Shown piece after piece: positions 61,959-64,000 of a stretch of DNA of 64,000 nucleotides. The notes below the pieces were generated by a model. It was not told the origin of the DNA. It made no database searches and worked only from the letters and a program-made list of their open reading frames with translations. The position numbers were made by a program, and so were the translations under genes. Position 1 is the first letter of the stretch; each line of letters opens with the position of its first letter. Source of the stretch: an uncultured Gaiellaceae bacterium (GTDB taxonomy: Bacteria; Actinomycetota; Thermoleophilia; Gaiellales; Gaiellaceae); NCBI GenBank assembly GCA_963808865.1, contig CAWEGY010000003.1:6709-70708 (forward strand). Reading direction: 5' to 3'.

Positions 61959-64000
61959 ATGAGCACACTCACCGGGCAAGTCGCCACGGTGTCCGTCGAC
62001 GTGGGCGGTCAGGAGATCGTCTTCGAGACGGGCAAGCTCGCAAAGCAGGCCGATGGTGCGGTCACCGTGCGCTCCGGCGACACGATGATCCTCGCGACCG
62101 CCGTCGGCCGGCCCGACGCACGACCGGACGCGGACTTCTTCCCGCTCACGGTCGACGTCGAGGAGCGGATGTACGCCGCCGGCAAGATTCCGGGCGGCTT
62201 CTTCAAGCGGGAGGGCCGCGCGACGGAACGCGCGACGCTCACCGCACGCATGATCGACCGGCCGATCCGGCCGCTCTGGCCGAAGGGCTTCCGCAACGAG
62301 GTGCAGGTCGTCTGCACCGTCCTCTCGGCCGACCTCGTGACGCCGCACGACATCCTCTGCATCAACGGGGCGTCGGCGGCGCTCGCGATCTCGCCGCTGC
62401 CCTTCCTCGGGCCGATCGGCGGCGTCCGCATCGGTCAGCTCGGCGGCGAGCTCGTCGTCAACCCGACGCTCGAGCAGCTGGACGAGTCCACGCTCGACCT
62501 CATCGTCGTCGGCACGAGTGAGGGGCTGACGATGGTCGAGGCGGGTGGGGATCAGATTCCCGAGGAGACCATCCTCGAGGCGCTCGAGCTCGCCCAGGTC
62601 GAGATCGTCAAGATCTGCGAGGCCCTCGACAGCCTGCGCGAGCAGGTCGGCAAGGCGAAGTGGGTCGATCTCGACCTGACGGCCGAGCTCGAGGCCGCGC
62701 ACGGGGATGCGATTCGCGACGCCGTCGCCGTCCATGGGCTCCGCGAGGCGTCCGCGGCGGTGGACGCGCTCGTCGAGGAGGCCTCGCCGCCGGTCTCGAT
62801 GGCCTCGACCGAGGACGACATGACGAAGCGGGGTCAGATCCGTGCGAGCTTCGGCTCGATCCTCGAGAAGGCGCGTTCGAGCGCCGTCGAGGGCCCGGTG
62901 CGGGAGCAGTTCCTCACCGAGCTTCGCGAGCTCACCGATGCCGAGCAGGACTCGAAGGTCCTCAAGTCGGCGAAGCGCGACCTGCTGTTCACCCGCATCC
63001 TCGACGAGGTCGAGCTTCCCTTCCCGGTCGGTCCTGCGCCTCCCGAGGGCGAGCCGGCCGTCAAGGATTCGACCACGAAGCAGTACGTCAAGCGGGCGGC
63101 CGAGGCGATCTACAAGGACCTCGTCCGGAAGAAGATCGCCGTCGACAAGCGGCGCCCGGACGGACGTGCGGCGGAGGAGATCCGGCACGTCGAGTGCGAC
63201 GTGCAGGTGAGCCCGCGCACGCACGGCTCGGCGCTCTTCACGCGCGGGCAGACGCAGATCATGACGCTGCTGACGCTCGGCACGATGAAGGAGGGTCAGA
63301 AGATCGACGACCTCTCCCGCGAGCAGAACCGCCGGTACATGCACCACTACAACTTCCCGCCCTTCTCGGTCGGGGAGACGGGCTTCATGCGTGGCCCGAA
63401 GCGGCGTGACATCGGGCACGGTGCGCTCGCGCAGCGCGCGCTCCAGTCCGTCATCCCGTCGATCGAGGAGTTCCCGTACACGATCCGCCTCGTCTCCGAG
63501 ACGCTCGAGTCGAACGGCTCGTCGTCGATGGGGTCGGTCTGCGGCTCGACGCTCGCGCTGATGGATGCGGGCGTGCCGATCGCGGCGCCCGTCTCGGGCA
63601 TCGCCATGGGCCTCGTGAAGGAGGGCGACGACTACGTCATCCTCACGGACATCCAGGGTGCCGAGGATCACCTCGGCGACATGGACTTCAAGGTCGCCGG
63701 CACGCGCGAGGGCATCACCGCCCTGCAGATGGACATCAAGATCACCGGCGTCACGCAGGAGATCATGAGGTCCGCTCTCACCCAGGCGAAGGAGGCCCGG
63801 GAGTCGATCCTCGACACGATGCTGGGCGCCCTTCCGGAGCCCCGCACGCAGATGGCGGATCATGCTCCGCGCATCTCGTCGATCAAGATCAACCCCGAGT
63901 TCATCGGGATGGTCATCGGCAAGGGCGGCGAGACGATCCGCGCACTCGAGGGCGACTACGAGGTGCAGATCGACATCGAGGAGGACGGCACGATCCTCAT
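61959..64000 (+). CDS. pnp: polyribonucleotide nucleotidyltransferase (PNPase), 5' partial, continues beyond the window
   Basis: My own translation from ATG 61959 gives MSTLTGQVATVSVDVGGQEIVFETGKLAKQADGAV..., FPLTVDVEERMYAAGKIPGGFFKREGR, GHGALAQRAL, GSSSMGSVCGSTLALMDAGVP and DHLGDMDFKVAG. There is no stop before 64000, so it is absent from the ORF track. Confidence 0.93.
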   Translation, partial: MSTLTGQVATVSVDVGGQEIVFETGKLAKQADGAVTVRSGDTMILATAVGRPDARPDADFFPLTVDVEERMYAAGKIPGGFFKREGRATERATLTARMIDRPIRPLWPKGFRNEVQVVCTVLSADLVTPHDILCINGASAALAISPLPFLGPIGGVRIGQLGGELVVNPTLEQLDESTLDLIVVGTSEGLTMVEAGGDQIPEETILEALELAQVEIVKICEALDSLREQVGKAKWVDLDLTAELEAAHGDAIRDAVAVHGLREASAAVDALVEEASPPVSMASTEDDMTKRGQIRASFGSILEKARSSAVEGPVREQFLTELRELTDAEQDSKVLKSAKRDLLFTRILDEVELPFPVGPAPPEGEPAVKDSTTKQYVKRAAEAIYKDLVRKKIAVDKRRPDGRAAEEIRHVECDVQVSPRTHGSALFTRGQTQIMTLLTLGTMKEGQKIDDLSREQNRRYMHHYNFPPFSVGETGFMRGPKRRDIGHGALAQRALQSVIPSIEEFPYTIRLVSETLESNGSSSMGSVCGSTLALMDAGVPIAAPVSGIAMGLVKEGDDYVILTDIQGAEDHLGDMDFKVAGTREGITALQMDIKITGVTQEIMRSALTQAKEARESILDTMLGALPEPRTQMADHAPRISSIKINPEFIGMVIGKGGETIRALEGDYEVQIDIEEDGTIL

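Overview
High-GC (about 70% by eye) bacterial chromosome segment, probably a deep-branching Actinomycetota lineage. That placement is an inference from an actinobacterial-type mihF-gmk-rpoZ-coaBC block following a Firmicute-style pyrR-pyrB-pyrC-carA-carB-pyrK-pyrD operon. Layout: (1) 0-15.2 kb holds small hypothetical genes, two CorA paralogs, an MFS transporter, a DUF4394/ECF-sigma/anti-sigma module, DUF4037, trpD-trpC(F)-trpB-trpA and an alpha/beta hydrolase. (2) 15.2-26.1 kb is a visibly lower-GC accessory segment ending at tRNA-Arg(CCG). It carries decayed genes, many small secreted-protein genes (S1 protease, RTX-like repeat protein, PRC-barrel protein), a cupin/GNAT/methyltransferase trio and an SMI1/KNR4 gene. 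I saw no integrase or transposase there. (3) 26.2-64 kb is housekeeping: cytochrome c, an epimerase/DUF1611 pair, a LexA-box-controlled LysM gene, RNase Z, the pyr operon, mihF-gmk-rpoZ-coaBC, MoxR-DUF58-transglutaminase, dtd, rimP-nusA-infB-DUF503-rbfA-nrnA-truB-ribF, a NodIJ-like ABC exporter, rpsO and the 5' part of pnp. Two things stand out. First, a roughly 30-45 nt repeat (consensus GAGCGCGAGCTCGAGGCGGGCGGGCTGAAC(TAG)) occurs in at least 8 copies. Six are in direct orientation in the intergenic gaps of the accessory segment and two flank one CorA gene. Second, about 18 single-base frameshifts interrupt otherwise well-preserved genes, including essential ones, and 11 of them fall in 3-15.2 kb. 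No rRNA genes or CRISPR arrays were seen. All family assignments come from reading the ORF translations, with no searches run. Coordinates of hairpins and frameshift points are hand-counted and may be off by 1-3 nt.
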